Below are positions 29,478-39,957 of a stretch of 50,386 bases of DNA, in pieces (the stretch's first letter is position 1; every line of letters begins with the position of its first letter). The notes under the pieces are model-generated. The model saw only the letters and a list, made by a program, of their open reading frames with translations. It was not told where the DNA came from and searched no databases. Location: contig CAISWF010000161.1 of NCBI GenBank assembly GCA_903889135.1, positions 1 through 50,386 of the forward strand, in the 5' to 3' direction. A program made the translations under genes and the position numbers. The DNA is from Candidatus Omnitrophota bacterium (GTDB taxonomy: Bacteria > Omnitrophota > Gorgyraeia > Pluralincolimonadales > Pluralincolimonadaceae).

Positions 29478-30725
29478 ATGGATAAGAGAAGAGTAGTAGT
29501 AACGGGCCTTGGTGCCGCCACGCCGGTCGGAAATTCCAAAGACGACCTGTGGAAGTCCCTCCTCGCCGGAAAGAGCGGCGCGGGCAGGATAACCCACTTT
29601 GATCCCGCGGGTTTCGAAACTCAGATCGCCTGCGAGGTCAAGAACTTTGACCCTTCCAAGTACATAACTACCGCGAAGGAGATGAGGAGGATGGACCGCT
29701 TTGTGCAATTCGCGGTCTATAGCGCCAAGATGGCCATTGAAGACGCCGGCCTGGACATATCCAAGGAAGATCCGTACCGCATAGGGGTCCTTGTCGGTTC
29801 CGGGATAGGCGGACTCAAGGTCATCCAGGACCAGACCCTCATTTGGAAGGAGAAAGGCCCCTCGAGGCTCGGCCCGCTCCTGATACCCATGCTCATCGTA
29901 AATATGGCTCCCGGACAGATCTCAATATCGTGCGGGATAAAAGGGCCGAATTCCTGCGTCGCCACGGCGTGCGCTACCGGCAACCATTCGATTGGCGAGG
30001 CGTTCAGGCTTATCCAGCACGGCTATGCGGATATGATGATATCCGGAGGCACCGAAGCAGCTATCGTAGAGACGGGAGTCGGCGGTTTCTGCGCTCTTAC
30101 GGCCCTCTCAAAGAGGAATGACGCGCCTGAGAAGGCGAGCAGGCCGTTCGATAAGGGCCGCGACGGGTTCGTGATGGGAGAGGGCAGCGGCATAGCCTTA
30201 TTAGAGGAGCTTGGTCACGCAACTAAGCGCGGGGCTAAGATCTACGCCGAAGTGGCCGGTTACGGGATGTGCGGCGACGCTTATCATATGACCGCGCCCG
30301 ACCCTAACGGGGAAGGCGCCGTGATGTGCATGAAACTTGCCCTCCAGGACGGTGGATTAAAACCGGAAGATGTTTCTTATATAAACGCCCACGGCACATC
30401 TACCGAGCTTAACGATAAGATAGAGACGCTCGCCATAAAAAAATTATTCGGCAAGCAGGCGTATAATATACCGATTAGCTCCACCAAATCAATGACCGGG
30501 CATTGTCTGGGCGCGGCCGGCGGAATAGAGTTCATCGCCAGCGTTTTGGCCGTAAAAGAGGACATTATCCCGCCCACTATAAATTACGAGACTCCCGATC
30601 CGGACTGCGATCTAGATTATGTTCCGAATAAAGCGAGAGGCGCCAAGGTGAACGTCGCGATATCTAACGCCTTCGGCTTCGGCGGGCACAACGCGTGCGT
30701 CGCCGTAAAAAAATTCCTTCCGTAG
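29478..30725 (+). CDS. fabF: 3-oxoacyl-ACP synthase II FabF
   Basis: RVVVTGLG, active-site TACATGNH, INAHGTSTELND, TGHCLGAAG, SNAFGFGGHNA. Confidence 0.95.
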   Translation: MDKRRVVVTGLGAATPVGNSKDDLWKSLLAGKSGAGRITHFDPAGFETQIACEVKNFDPSKYITTAKEMRRMDRFVQFAVYSAKMAIEDAGLDISKEDPYRIGVLVGSGIGGLKVIQDQTLIWKEKGPSRLGPLLIPMLIVNMAPGQISISCGIKGPNSCVATACATGNHSIGEAFRLIQHGYADMMISGGTEAAIVETGVGGFCALTALSKRNDAPEKASRPFDKGRDGFVMGEGSGIALLEELGHATKRGAKIYAEVAGYGMCGDAYHMTAPDPNGEGAVMCMKLALQDGGLKPEDVSYINAHGTSTELNDKIETLAIKKLFGKQAYNIPISSTKSMTGHCLGAAGGIEFIASVLAVKEDIIPPTINYETPDPDCDLDYVPNKARGAKVNVAISNAFGFGGHNACVAVKKFLP

Positions 30726-30746
30726 AACACAATAAGGGGTGACAAT

Positions 30747-31901
30747 ATGGATTATTTATTGACCGAACAGCAGATAATGGTGCGCGACCTGGCCCGTAAG
30801 ATAGCCAAAGAAAAGATAGCGCCTGTCGCGGCCGAGCACGACGAGAAAGAGACCTTTCCGTGGGATATAATGAAGGTCATGGCCGAATCGGACCTCTGCG
30901 GCGTATATATAGAGGAAAAATACGGCGGACTCGGCGGAGGGGCGATGGAACTCTGCCTTGTGACCGAGGAACTCTCGCGCGCGTGCGGCGGCATCGCGAT
31001 ATGCTTCGCGGCGACCGCTCTCGGGACATACCCGATAATATTGTTCGGCAATGACGAGCAGAAACAAAAATATTTACCCGATATTTCGAGTGGGAAAAAA
31101 CTCGCGGCGTTCGCTTTGACCGAGGCAAGCGCCGGATCCGACGCGGGCGCTATTGCCACTACCGCCAGGAAAGAGGGCGACCATTACGTACTGAACGGCG
31201 TCAAGCAGTGGATAACGAACGGCGGTGAGGCCGAGGTCTATACCGTTATCGCGATGACCGACAGGGCGAAGGGCGCGCGCGGCGCTAGCGCGTTTATCGT
31301 TGAGAAAGGCACGCCGGGATTCGATTTTGGCAAAAAAGAGAAGAAACTCGGCATACGCGCCTCCGCTACCCGCGAATTGATATTCAATGAGTGCAAGGTC
31401 CCGAAAGAGAATATTCTGGGCCGCGAGGGGATGGGCTTCATCGTCGCGATGAAGACGTTCGATAAATCGCGCCCGGGAGTCGCGGCGCAGGCGGTCGGCA
31501 TAGCGCAGGGCGCGCTTGACCACGCGGTGAAATATTCGCGCGAGCGCAAGCAGTTCGGCAAGGCGATATCGAGTTTCCAGGGCCTCCAGTTCATGCTCGC
31601 CGATATGGCCACCGAGTTAGAGGCGGCGCGCGCGTTGACATACGCGGTCGCCAGGATGGTAGACGCCGGGGCAAGGGATGTCTCAAAGGAATCGGCAATG
31701 TCGAAACTGTTCGCCTCCGATGTCGCGATGAAGGTCACTACCGACGCGATCCAGGTATTGGGCGGATACGGCTACATGCGCGATTATCCGGTCGAAAAGT
31801 ATATGCGCGACGCGAAGATAACCCAGATATACGAAGGCACCAACCAGATACAGCGCAATGTCATCGCGCTCGAACTGTTGAAAGAGCAACTGAAAAAATG
31901 A
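30747..31901 (+). CDS. Short-chain acyl-CoA dehydrogenase (butyryl-CoA dehydrogenase-like)
   Basis: [39 protein letters not shown], catalytic-base context IYEGTNQIQ. 21 nt after the fabF stop. Confidence 0.9.
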   Translation: MDYLLTEQQIMVRDLARKIAKEKIAPVAAEHDEKETFPWDIMKVMAESDLCGVYIEEKYGGLGGGAMELCLVTEELSRACGGIAICFAATALGTYPIILFGNDEQKQKYLPDISSGKKLAAFALTEASAGSDAGAIATTARKEGDHYVLNGVKQWITNGGEAEVYTVIAMTDRAKGARGASAFIVEKGTPGFDFGKKEKKLGIRASATRELIFNECKVPKENILGREGMGFIVAMKTFDKSRPGVAAQAVGIAQGALDHAVKYSRERKQFGKAISSFQGLQFMLADMATELEAARALTYAVARMVDAGARDVSKESAMSKLFASDVAMKVTTDAIQVLGGYGYMRDYPVEKYMRDAKITQIYEGTNQIQRNVIALELLKEQLKK

Positions 31902-31956
31902 ACCCCACGCGTCTCTATATAATACAAGCGCTGAGAATGAAAGTAGGAGGTGTGGG

Positions 31957-32754
31957 GTGAACATCATAGTTTGTATTAAACAGGTCCCCGATACCCAGGA
32001 CATAAGGATCAATCCCGAGACCAATACCCTGATGCGCGAGGGCGTCCAGTCGATAGTAAATCCCTTCGACATGTATGCCATAGAAGAGGCATTGAGGATC
32101 AAAGAAAAACTCGGGGGCAAGATCACGGTCATCTGCATGGGGCCGAAGCAGGCCGAAGAGGCGATGCGCGAGGCGGTATCCATGGGCGTCGATGAGATGG
32201 TCCTCATGAGCGACCGCGCGTTCGCCGGTTCCGACACATGGGCGACGAGCTATACCCTCGCCAAAGGGATACAAAAACTCGGAAAGTTCGACCTTATAAT
32301 CTGCGGAAAGCAGGCGATAGACGGCGATACGGCGCAGGTCGGGCCGGGAATAGCCGCCACCCTCGATATACCTCAGGTCACATACGTAAAGAAGACCGAA
32401 GAGATAAAAGAGAATATGGCAAGGTTCGAGAGGATGACAGAGGAAGGGTTTGAGGTCATCGAGACCCCGCTTCCTTGTCTTATTACCGTCGTAAAAGAGA
32501 TAAATATCCCGCGGCTTCCGTCATTAAAAGGAAAGATCAGAGCCAAACAGGCGCCTGTGATCACGCTGACGGCAAAAGATATCGATGCCGAACCGGAGAA
32601 ACTCGGGCTTAAGGGTTCCCCGACGGTCGTAAAGAAAGTATTTACGCCGCCAAAGAGGACAGGCGGACAGATATTGCAGGGAGATACGAATGAGGTCGTG
32701 AATAAACTCGTCGAGGTGTTGAAAGACGCGGTCGTCGCGTCGGGAAAGACATAA
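31957..32754 (+). CDS. etfB: Electron transfer flavoprotein beta subunit (small subunit)
   Basis: GTG start with AGGAGG at 31945-31950. MNIIVCIKQVPD, VNPFDMYAIEEALRIKE, DRAFAGSDTWATS, CGKQAIDGDTAQVGP. Confidence 0.92.
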   Translation: MNIIVCIKQVPDTQDIRINPETNTLMREGVQSIVNPFDMYAIEEALRIKEKLGGKITVICMGPKQAEEAMREAVSMGVDEMVLMSDRAFAGSDTWATSYTLAKGIQKLGKFDLIICGKQAIDGDTAQVGPGIAATLDIPQVTYVKKTEEIKENMARFERMTEEGFEVIETPLPCLITVVKEINIPRLPSLKGKIRAKQAPVITLTAKDIDAEPEKLGLKGSPTVVKKVFTPPKRTGGQILQGDTNEVVNKLVEVLKDAVVASGKT

Positions 32755-32755
32755 T

Positions 32756-33982
32756 ATGGCGGAACAGAATAATTCCCAAGACTGCTCCATACGGATATTG
32801 CTGGATAAATGTACGGGATGCACGTTGTGCGTCAAGACCTGCCCGTTCGGCGCGATAACCATGCGGGATAAGAAGGCGGTCATAGATTTCGGGAAATGCA
32901 CGCTGTGCGGCGCCTGCGTGGCGACGTGCAAGTTCACGGCGATAGAGCTTACCACCTGCAAGGTCCAGCCGAAAGCCGATTTAAGCGCTTATAAAGGCGT
33001 CTGGGTATTCGCCGAGCAGAAGAAGGGCAACATCCAGAGCGTCGTATACGAACTCCTCGGAAAAGGCAGGGAGCTAGCTAATGACCTCGGCACGGAACTC
33101 GCTTGCATCCTGATCGGCGACGGCATGGAAGGCAAGGCCCAGGAATTATTCTCGCGCGGCGCGGATAAGGTATATCTCGTCGAGGACCCGAAACTCAAGA
33201 ATTACATGGACGAGCCTTATACCAATATCATCGTCGAGCTCGTGAAAGAATTCAAGCCGGAGATATTGCTTTACGGCGCGACCTCGATCGGAAGGTCGCT
33301 TGCCTCGCGCGTCGCTGTGAAACTTTATACGGGCCTGACCGCGGATTGCACCGGTCTTGCCATAGATAAAGAGAAGAAATTGCTTTTGCAGACACGCCCG
33401 GCATTCGGCGGCAACATCATGGCGACCATCGTCTGCGAGAATTACCGCCCGCAGATGTCGACGGTCCGCCACAAGGTGTTCAAGGAAGCAGTTGTCGACA
33501 AGGCCAGGACAGGCCAGGTGATAAAGAAGATCTATCCGGGGAACCTTTACGATTCCCGCACGAAATTACTTGAGATAAAAGAAGAGGAATCGACCACTGC
33601 GAACCTCACCGAGGCAAACATAATCGTTTCGGGCGGCAGGGGATTGGGAAAACCAGAAAATTTCAAGATCATAGAGGAATTAGCGAAGGTGTTAGGCGGC
33701 GCTGTCGGCGCCTCGCGCTCGGCTGTAGACGCCGAATGGATACCGTACTCGCACCAGGTAGGCCAGACCGGAAAGACCGTATGCCCTAAGATATACATCG
33801 CATGCGGTATATCCGGACAGATACAGCATCTGGCCGGAATGTCATCCTCGGATATCATCATTGCTATAAACAAAGATCCGCTTGCCCCGATATTCTCGGT
33901 CGCAACCTACGGTATCGTAGGCGACATAAATGAGATCGTCCCGGCCCTTACCCAGAAGTTCAAGGAAGTCCTTAAGAAATAA
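32756..33982 (+). CDS. etfA: Electron transfer flavoprotein alpha subunit with N-terminal 2x[4Fe-4S] ferredoxin domain
   Basis: CTGCTLCVKTCPFGAI and CTLCGACVATCKFTAI (32756-~32960), then the EtfA core. FAD region: SRSAVDAEWIPYSHQVGQTGKTVCPKIYIACGISGQIQHLAGM. Confidence 0.92.
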   Translation: MAEQNNSQDCSIRILLDKCTGCTLCVKTCPFGAITMRDKKAVIDFGKCTLCGACVATCKFTAIELTTCKVQPKADLSAYKGVWVFAEQKKGNIQSVVYELLGKGRELANDLGTELACILIGDGMEGKAQELFSRGADKVYLVEDPKLKNYMDEPYTNIIVELVKEFKPEILLYGATSIGRSLASRVAVKLYTGLTADCTGLAIDKEKKLLLQTRPAFGGNIMATIVCENYRPQMSTVRHKVFKEAVVDKARTGQVIKKIYPGNLYDSRTKLLEIKEEESTTANLTEANIIVSGGRGLGKPENFKIIEELAKVLGGAVGASRSAVDAEWIPYSHQVGQTGKTVCPKIYIACGISGQIQHLAGMSSSDIIIAINKDPLAPIFSVATYGIVGDINEIVPALTQKFKEVLKK

Positions 33983-33999
33983 GCCTTTTTTTGCCTCCC

Positions 34000-34028
34000 T
34001 TGACAATTCTAACCCTATGTGATATACT
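34000..34028 (+). promoter_or_regulatory. Sigma-70-type promoter of the cvpA-NIF3-dnaG-rpoD string
   Basis: TTGACA (34000-34005), 17 nt, TGaTATACT (TATACT 34023-34028). Downstream are AGGAGAG (34042-34048) and TTG 34055. Confidence 0.55.
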
Positions 34029-34054
34029 TGGTTACAAATATCAGGAGAGATATC

Positions 34055-34588
34055 TTGCCAGAAGTTTTCCAGCATATCAATTGGGTCGATGTCCTGATCG
34101 TAATCCTTTTAATTAGAACGGCTTATATTGGGGCGCGTAACGGACTTTCCGAAGAGATCTTCAGGATAATAGGCGTCCTGCTGGGCCTCTTTTTTTCAAT
34201 TAAATTCTATTCCGCGCTTGGAAGCCGTATTAATTCTACCATATCCCTCCCGCAGGAATTTGTCGACGGCGCGACTTTTTTAATACTAATTTTACTGTCT
34301 ATGTTAAGTATGAAATTAGTGGCCCTCGGCTTGACCAAGATAGTAAAGCTCTCTTTCTCCGACAAGATAGATAAATGGGGCGGGTTCATAGCGGGCCTGT
34401 TACGCGGCGCGGTACTGATGAGCCTCCTATTCATGCTCTTCGGGATCATCCAGGTCGATTACCTCGTGAAATCGGTCGACGAGCGTTCCCTGACCGGTCC
34501 CTACGTAGAAAAAATAGCGCCCAACGTATATCAGGCCATCGCAAGGACATCCCCGGAAGTCGTAAAAGCGCTCCCGAAGGGAAAGTAA
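34055..34588 (+). CDS. cvpA: CvpA family membrane protein
   Basis: INWVDVLIVILLIRTAYIGARNGLSEEIF plus four hydrophobic helices. Start moved to TTG 34055, because the ORF-track GTG 34019 lies inside the promoter. Confidence 0.65.
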   Translation: MPEVFQHINWVDVLIVILLIRTAYIGARNGLSEEIFRIIGVLLGLFFSIKFYSALGSRINSTISLPQEFVDGATFLILILLSMLSMKLVALGLTKIVKLSFSDKIDKWGGFIAGLLRGAVLMSLLFMLFGIIQVDYLVKSVDERSLTGPYVEKIAPNVYQAIARTSPEVVKALPKGK

Positions 34589-34625
34589 ACGATCTCATTT
34601 TTCGATAATATTACAGGAGGATGAA

Positions 34626-35579
34626 TTGAAATTATCTAAATTGTACGATTTCGCCGTGAAGGAAGGGATGGTCGCAGACCCGCGCGGCAAGGAAGCGATC
34701 GCGAAGGCGCTCGCCAGGGTAAAGAAGGAATATGAGTCGCTTAAGGAGAAGGACAAGGAATTTTTCGATAAGGAAAGGCTTACCAACCCTTACGCTGACA
34801 CGCGCATATTGAACGGAGAAGGCTCCACGGAGATCAAGAAAGCTCTCGTCGGGGTCGATATGGAATCAGCCGAGGTATTGCTTGCCGACAGGTTGAGGGA
34901 GAAAGGCAGGAAGATAGACCTCGTGCTAGCTCATCACCCCGAAGGCAGCGCGATGGCCAATTTTTACGAAGTGATGAACATGCAGCCGGATATCTGGTAC
35001 AAATTCGGGGTCCCCATAAATACCGCCGAGGGGCTCATGAGGGACAGGATAAAGGAAGTCGAACGCCGCATATTAGGCGGGAACCACACGAGGGCGGTCG
35101 ACGCCGCGAAACTCCTGGGCCTGCCGATGATGTGCATCCATACGCCGGCAGATAACCACGTCACAAGTTTTCTCCAGAAGATATTCGACAGCAAGAAGCC
35201 CGAGGCATTGAGCGAGGTGGTCGAGATATTGAGGGAGATACCCGAATACAGGAACGCGGCGAAACGCAACGCCGGGCCGAGGGTACTCTTCGGCGATCCG
35301 AGAAACAGGCCTGGCAGGATATTCGTGGACATGACCGGCGGGACAGAGGGACCGAAGGATATGTTCGAGAAACTCGAGGCCGCAGGCGTCGGGACGATAA
35401 TCTGCATGCATCTGGGCGAAGAGCATTTCAAGAATGTCCAGAAGGGCCATCTGAATATCGTAATAGCCGGGCATATATCAAGCGATAACCTCGGCCTGAA
35501 CCTCCTTTTCGACAAGATCGTAAAAGAGGACAAGATAGAGTTCATCGGCACCTCCGGATTCGAAAGGATAAGCCGTTAG
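34626..35579 (+). CDS. NIF3 (DUF34)-like dinuclear-metal-centre family protein
   Basis: DLVLAHHPEG, CIHTPADNH, IAGHISSDNLG resemble the His/Asp metal ligand blocks of NIF3. TTG start 5 nt after AGGAGG. The family call is from memory of motifs only. Confidence 0.55.
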   Translation: MKLSKLYDFAVKEGMVADPRGKEAIAKALARVKKEYESLKEKDKEFFDKERLTNPYADTRILNGEGSTEIKKALVGVDMESAEVLLADRLREKGRKIDLVLAHHPEGSAMANFYEVMNMQPDIWYKFGVPINTAEGLMRDRIKEVERRILGGNHTRAVDAAKLLGLPMMCIHTPADNHVTSFLQKIFDSKKPEALSEVVEILREIPEYRNAAKRNAGPRVLFGDPRNRPGRIFVDMTGGTEGPKDMFEKLEAAGVGTIICMHLGEEHFKNVQKGHLNIVIAGHISSDNLGLNLLFDKIVKEDKIEFIGTSGFERISR

Positions 35580-35583
35580 CATA

Positions 35584-37356
35584 ATGGCGTTCTCGGAACA
35601 GGTCTTAGAGGAGATACAGAACAAAGCCGATATAGTCGAGATAGTCGGAGGCTATATCCCGTTAAGGCGCGCCGGGAGGAATTACAAGGCGAATTGCCCT
35701 TTCCATAAAGAGAAGTCCCCGTCGTTCATGGTCAGCCCCTCGAAACAGATATTCCACTGTTTCGGGTGCGGCGCAGGCGGGAATGTCTTCGGTTTCGTGA
35801 TGAAGATGGAGAATATGGATTTTCCGGAGGCGGTCAGTACCCTCGCGGAAAAGACGGGCGTGGAATTACCGCGTTTTACCAGGTCGCAGTTCGAGACGAG
35901 CGGATACGCCCTACAGATATATAAGCTAAACGAATTGGCGGCCTCTTTTTATTCGTCGATGCTTTGCGGGACCGATGCCGGAAGGCGCGCAGGTTCTTAC
36001 CTCAAGGAACGCGGAGTAAGCGATGATACGGTCGCTAAGGCCAAGCTGGGGTTCGCGCCGGATGACTGGAGCGGCCTTATAAATTTCGCGAAGAGCAAGG
36101 GAGTAGGCGTCGAGCTCCTGGAGCGCGCCGGGCTTGTCATGCCGCGCGAAGGCGGCGGGCATTACGACAGGTTCCGCAACAAGATAATGTTCCCGATCTT
36201 CGACATCAAGAACAGGGTCGTGGCGTTCGGGGCGAGGGTGCTGGATAACTCGACACCGAAATACATAAATTCCCCGGAAACGGAAGTGTATATAAAGAGC
36301 AGGCACCTTTACGGGTTTAATTTTTCCCTGCAGGCGGTAAAAGAGAAGGATTTTTGCATAATAGTCGAGGGTTACCTCGATTTCCTTATCCCTTACCAGA
36401 ATGGCATAGCGAACATAGCGGCATCGCTCGGCACGAGCCTCACCGAACTTCAGGCCAGGCTGATAAAGAGGTACACCAAGAACGTCGTCATACTTTACGA
36501 CGGCGATTCGGCCGGGGAAGCGGCCTCGCTGCGCGGCCTCGATACATTCCTGCTGGAGGGGATGCAGGTCAAGGTAGCTGCGCTGCCGAAGGGCTTCGAC
36601 CCGGATTCGTTCGTGAGGAGCAAGGGGACAGCGGAATTTGATTCTCTGATAGCCGGAGCCGCGGACCTTTTTGATTATAAATTGGGCGTCCTAGCTTCGA
36701 GATACGACGCGAAAAAGTCGTCGGATAAGGCGAAGATATGCGCGGAGATGCTCCCGACGATCGCGAAGGTGACCGACGCGGTCCTGAAATCCGAATATAT
36801 AAAAAGGCTCGGCGAGGGGTTGCAGGTGAGCGAAAGCGCGCTCCTCTCGGAGTTGAAGAAGGTAAGGCCTGACCGCGAATATGAGCCTTCCGAGGAGCTT
36901 TCTTCGTCGGCCGGGAAGTCCCAGGCTGCGATGGCCGAGAAGATAGTAATAGGGTTGATGCTCGATGACCCCGAGATGATCGCGCAAGTCAAGGAAACTT
37001 TGAAGGCCGAGGATTTCGTTGACGAGGGGACGCGCAAGATAGCGGAAGAGATATTCAGTTCGTACGGGGACGGCAGATCTTTCAAGCCGGCCCAATTGAT
37101 AAATAAACTCGCGGAGAGCGACCTGACCGCGCTTATTGCCGAGGCGACGAGCCTCACCGACGATATAAAGGATAAGCCGAAGAACCTCTCGGATTGCATA
37201 AGATGGATGAGGTGCAATAACTCCAAGTCGAGGCTCTCGGAACTGCAGAATTTGATAAAGGCCGCGCAGATGATGGGTGACGATAAACGGGTCACCCAGC
37301 TGGTCGCGGAATACAGCGGCCTGGTAAAATGCCAAAAGGATTTCGCAAGGAGATGA
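35584..37356 (+). CDS. dnaG: DNA primase DnaG
   Basis: Zn finger [36 protein letters not shown]. Toprim IVEGYLDFL and [11 protein letters not shown]. Confidence 0.95.
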   Translation: MAFSEQVLEEIQNKADIVEIVGGYIPLRRAGRNYKANCPFHKEKSPSFMVSPSKQIFHCFGCGAGGNVFGFVMKMENMDFPEAVSTLAEKTGVELPRFTRSQFETSGYALQIYKLNELAASFYSSMLCGTDAGRRAGSYLKERGVSDDTVAKAKLGFAPDDWSGLINFAKSKGVGVELLERAGLVMPREGGGHYDRFRNKIMFPIFDIKNRVVAFGARVLDNSTPKYINSPETEVYIKSRHLYGFNFSLQAVKEKDFCIIVEGYLDFLIPYQNGIANIAASLGTSLTELQARLIKRYTKNVVILYDGDSAGEAASLRGLDTFLLEGMQVKVAALPKGFDPDSFVRSKGTAEFDSLIAGAADLFDYKLGVLASRYDAKKSSDKAKICAEMLPTIAKVTDAVLKSEYIKRLGEGLQVSESALLSELKKVRPDREYEPSEELSSSAGKSQAAMAEKIVIGLMLDDPEMIAQVKETLKAEDFVDEGTRKIAEEIFSSYGDGRSFKPAQLINKLAESDLTALIAEATSLTDDIKDKPKNLSDCIRWMRCNNSKSRLSELQNLIKAAQMMGDDKRVTQLVAEYSGLVKCQKDFARR

Positions 37357-38996
37357 AGTTTGTGAAGAAGACCGCGAAGAAGACACCTAAGAAGACGTCT
37401 AAGAAGGCGCCGAAGAAGATCGATATAAGGAAGAGGATCAAAGGCCTCGAAAAACTTATAGCGCTCGGCAAGGAGAAAGGGCACCTAACTTTCGAGGAGG
37501 TCAACAACCTCCTGCCGGAAGACGTCACTTCGTCCGAGGATATCGACGAGATCTTTGCCGTTCTCGATAAGGAGAAGATCGAGATAATCGACGCCGATGA
37601 GGAAAAGGAGCTCAAGGAGGAAGGCCTCGAGGAAGAGGAGGAGAAGGTCCATAAGCCGGAACCCGAGGCTGAAGAGATCCCCCGCATGGCCCAGATGGAA
37701 GACCCTGTCCGCATGTACCTCAAACAGATGGGGCAGATCTCTCTCCTGACGCGCGAGCAGGAACTCGAGCTTGCCAAGAAGATCAAGGAAGCCGAGTTTA
37801 GGTTCAGGGAGTCGGTCTTCGAGTGCTCATACTGCAGGAAGGAGATACTGCGGCTAGTCAACGATATCCTCGCAAGGCAGGTTAATATAGATGAGGTCGT
37901 GGATATAGACCCGACCGAAAATATCGAGAAGGTAATAAAGAAGATCCAGCGGCTGATGAAGAGGCTTCGCGGCGCCAAGAAGACCACGAACCTCGTCCCG
38001 CTGCTGACGGATTTCAAATTCTCTACCTCGGTCGTGGAAGATCTTGCCGCGGGCATGAAATCCATGCTCTACGAGATCGAGAAGATCGACAGGGACGTCA
38101 TAAGATTGAGCGGTAAGGGCGCGCGCGGCCATATATCCGGGCTGAAGGAGAGGAAGCGCCAGTTAATAAGGGAGTTCGGCGAGCCGCTGCTTAGGATAAA
38201 GGACCGCCTCGCATATATAAGAAGGCGCGAGAGGCAGTTCGAGAGCGCGCAGAAGAAACTTGTCGAGGCCAATTTAAGGCTCGTCGTTTCGATCGCGAAA
38301 AAATACACGAATAGGGGACTCTCGTTCCTCGACCTCATCCAGGAAGGCAATATCGGGCTCATGCGCGCGGTTGACAAGTTCGAATACGAGAGGGGATATA
38401 AATTTTCCACATACGCGACATGGTGGATAAGGCAGGCGATAACCCGCGCGATCGCTGACCAGGCCCGCACTATCCGCATCCCGGTCCATATGACCGAGAC
38501 GATAAATAAACTGATCCGCGTATCGCGCAACTTGGTGCAGGAGACCGGGCGCGAGCCGTTGCCCGAAGAGATAGCCCATTCGATGAGGATGGCGACGGAG
38601 AAGGTCCGCGGCATATTAAAGATAGCGCAGGAGCCGATATCCCTGCAGACGCCTGTCGGCGACGAAGGCGACACGCATTTCGGGGATTTCATAGAGGACA
38701 AGAGGGCGATATCCCCGGCCAACGCGACGGCTTATTCGATGCTTAAGGAACAACTCGAGGATGTCCTGACGACGCTCACCGAAAGGGAGAAGAGGGTCCT
38801 GAAGCTCCGTTTCGGCATCGGCGACGGCTGCCCGCGCACCCTCGAAGAGGTCGGTTCGATATTCAACGTCACCCGCGAGAGGGTAAGGCAGATAGAGGCG
38901 AAGGCATTGCGCAAATTGCGCCATCCCATACGTTCCAAGAAACTAAAGACATTCTTAGAGATGGGGCTAGGGTTAGGTGAGGAGAATACCGCTTAA
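37353..38996 (+). CDS. rpoD: RNA polymerase sigma factor RpoD (primary sigma-70)
   Basis: [86 protein letters not shown]. Start at ATG 37353 (AAGGAG upstream, ATGA overlap with dnaG). Confidence 0.95.
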   Translation: MKFVKKTAKKTPKKTSKKAPKKIDIRKRIKGLEKLIALGKEKGHLTFEEVNNLLPEDVTSSEDIDEIFAVLDKEKIEIIDADEEKELKEEGLEEEEEKVHKPEPEAEEIPRMAQMEDPVRMYLKQMGQISLLTREQELELAKKIKEAEFRFRESVFECSYCRKEILRLVNDILARQVNIDEVVDIDPTENIEKVIKKIQRLMKRLRGAKKTTNLVPLLTDFKFSTSVVEDLAAGMKSMLYEIEKIDRDVIRLSGKGARGHISGLKERKRQLIREFGEPLLRIKDRLAYIRRRERQFESAQKKLVEANLRLVVSIAKKYTNRGLSFLDLIQEGNIGLMRAVDKFEYERGYKFSTYATWWIRQAITRAIADQARTIRIPVHMTETINKLIRVSRNLVQETGREPLPEEIAHSMRMATEKVRGILKIAQEPISLQTPVGDEGDTHFGDFIEDKRAISPANATAYSMLKEQLEDVLTTLTEREKRVLKLRFGIGDGCPRTLEEVGSIFNVTRERVRQIEAKALRKLRHPIRSKKLKTFLEMGLGLGEENTA

Positions 38997-39957
38997 TAGC
39001 GATAAGATAACGCGCCGCAATTTCCTGAAATTTTCAATTGCCGGTTTGGCATTCATTGCCGCCGGCAATTTTGTTTCCGCAGCGAGGACCGTCTTCGCGC
39101 AACCAGCGTCATCGAGCGGCCGTATTAAGAAAAATATAAAAGGCAAGCACGACCTCGTCTGCGCGAAGGGCGACGATCCCTACGCTATGACCGTAGGTGC
39201 GGTCGAGGCGATGGGCGGGATGGATAGGTTCGTCAAGAAGAACGGCGTCGTGGTCATAAAGCCGAATATCGGATGGGACCGCGCGCCGGAGCAGGCCGCG
39301 AATACTAATCCCCTTGTCGTCGCAGCGCTCATAGACCTCTGTTTCAAGGCGGGCGCGAAGAGGGTAAACATATTCGACGTGACATGCAGCGACGCGCGCC
39401 GCAGTTACGAGAACAGCGGGATACAAAAAGTCGCGAAGGAAAAAGGCGCTAATATCTATTTCCCCGATGACTGGAACACCGTTAAGGCGAAGTTCAAATA
39501 CGCCAGCCCGATGGAGGGCTGGACGGTCCTCAGAGACGCCATAGAATGCGATACGTTCATAAATGCCCCGGTCCTTAAACACCACGGCCTGACGAAACTT
39601 ACCATTTCGATGAAGAACCTGATGGGAGTGTGCACCGGAAACCGCGGGCTCATCCACCAGAATATAGCTACCAAGATAGTGGACCTGGCCGATTTCATCA
39701 GCCCTGACCTGACCGTCATCGACGCTTTCAGGTTTTTATACAGGAACGGCCCGACCGGCGGCAACTTAGACGACGTGAAGAGATTGGATTCCCTGATCGT
39801 CGCCACCGACCCGACGCTGGCCGACGCCTACGCGGCGCGATTAGCCGGATTGGACCCGCTCTCGATCGACAATATAAAGGTAGCGGTCGGGCGCAAGTTC
39901 GGTAGCGCAGACCTGGATAAGGCGGACATACAAGTGCTCAGCTCGCGCCTCGCATGA
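38977..39957 (+). CDS. Tat-signal DUF362 domain protein
   Basis: Twin-arginine signal [34 protein letters not shown]362-like blocks [12 protein letters not shown]...[24 protein letters not shown] and [21 protein letters not shown] start overlaps the last 20 nt of rpoD. Confidence 0.7.
   Translation: MRRIPLNSDKITRRNFLKFSIAGLAFIAAGNFVSAARTVFAQPASSSGRIKKNIKGKHDLVCAKGDDPYAMTVGAVEAMGGMDRFVKKNGVVVIKPNIGWDRAPEQAANTNPLVVAALIDLCFKAGAKRVNIFDVTCSDARRSYENSGIQKVAKEKGANIYFPDDWNTVKAKFKYASPMEGWTVLRDAIECDTFINAPVLKHHGLTKLTISMKNLMGVCTGNRGLIHQNIATKIVDLADFISPDLTVIDAFRFLYRNGPTGGNLDDVKRLDSLIVATDPTLADAYAARLAGLDPLSIDNIKVAVGRKFGSADLDKADIQVLSSRLA

Noticed and set aside
31903-31957. Inverted repeat CCCCAC / GTGGGG bracketing the etfB SD and GTG start, as a possible translational gate
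   Set aside because: There are only 6 bp with a ~43-nt loop, which is too weak to claim without conservation data.
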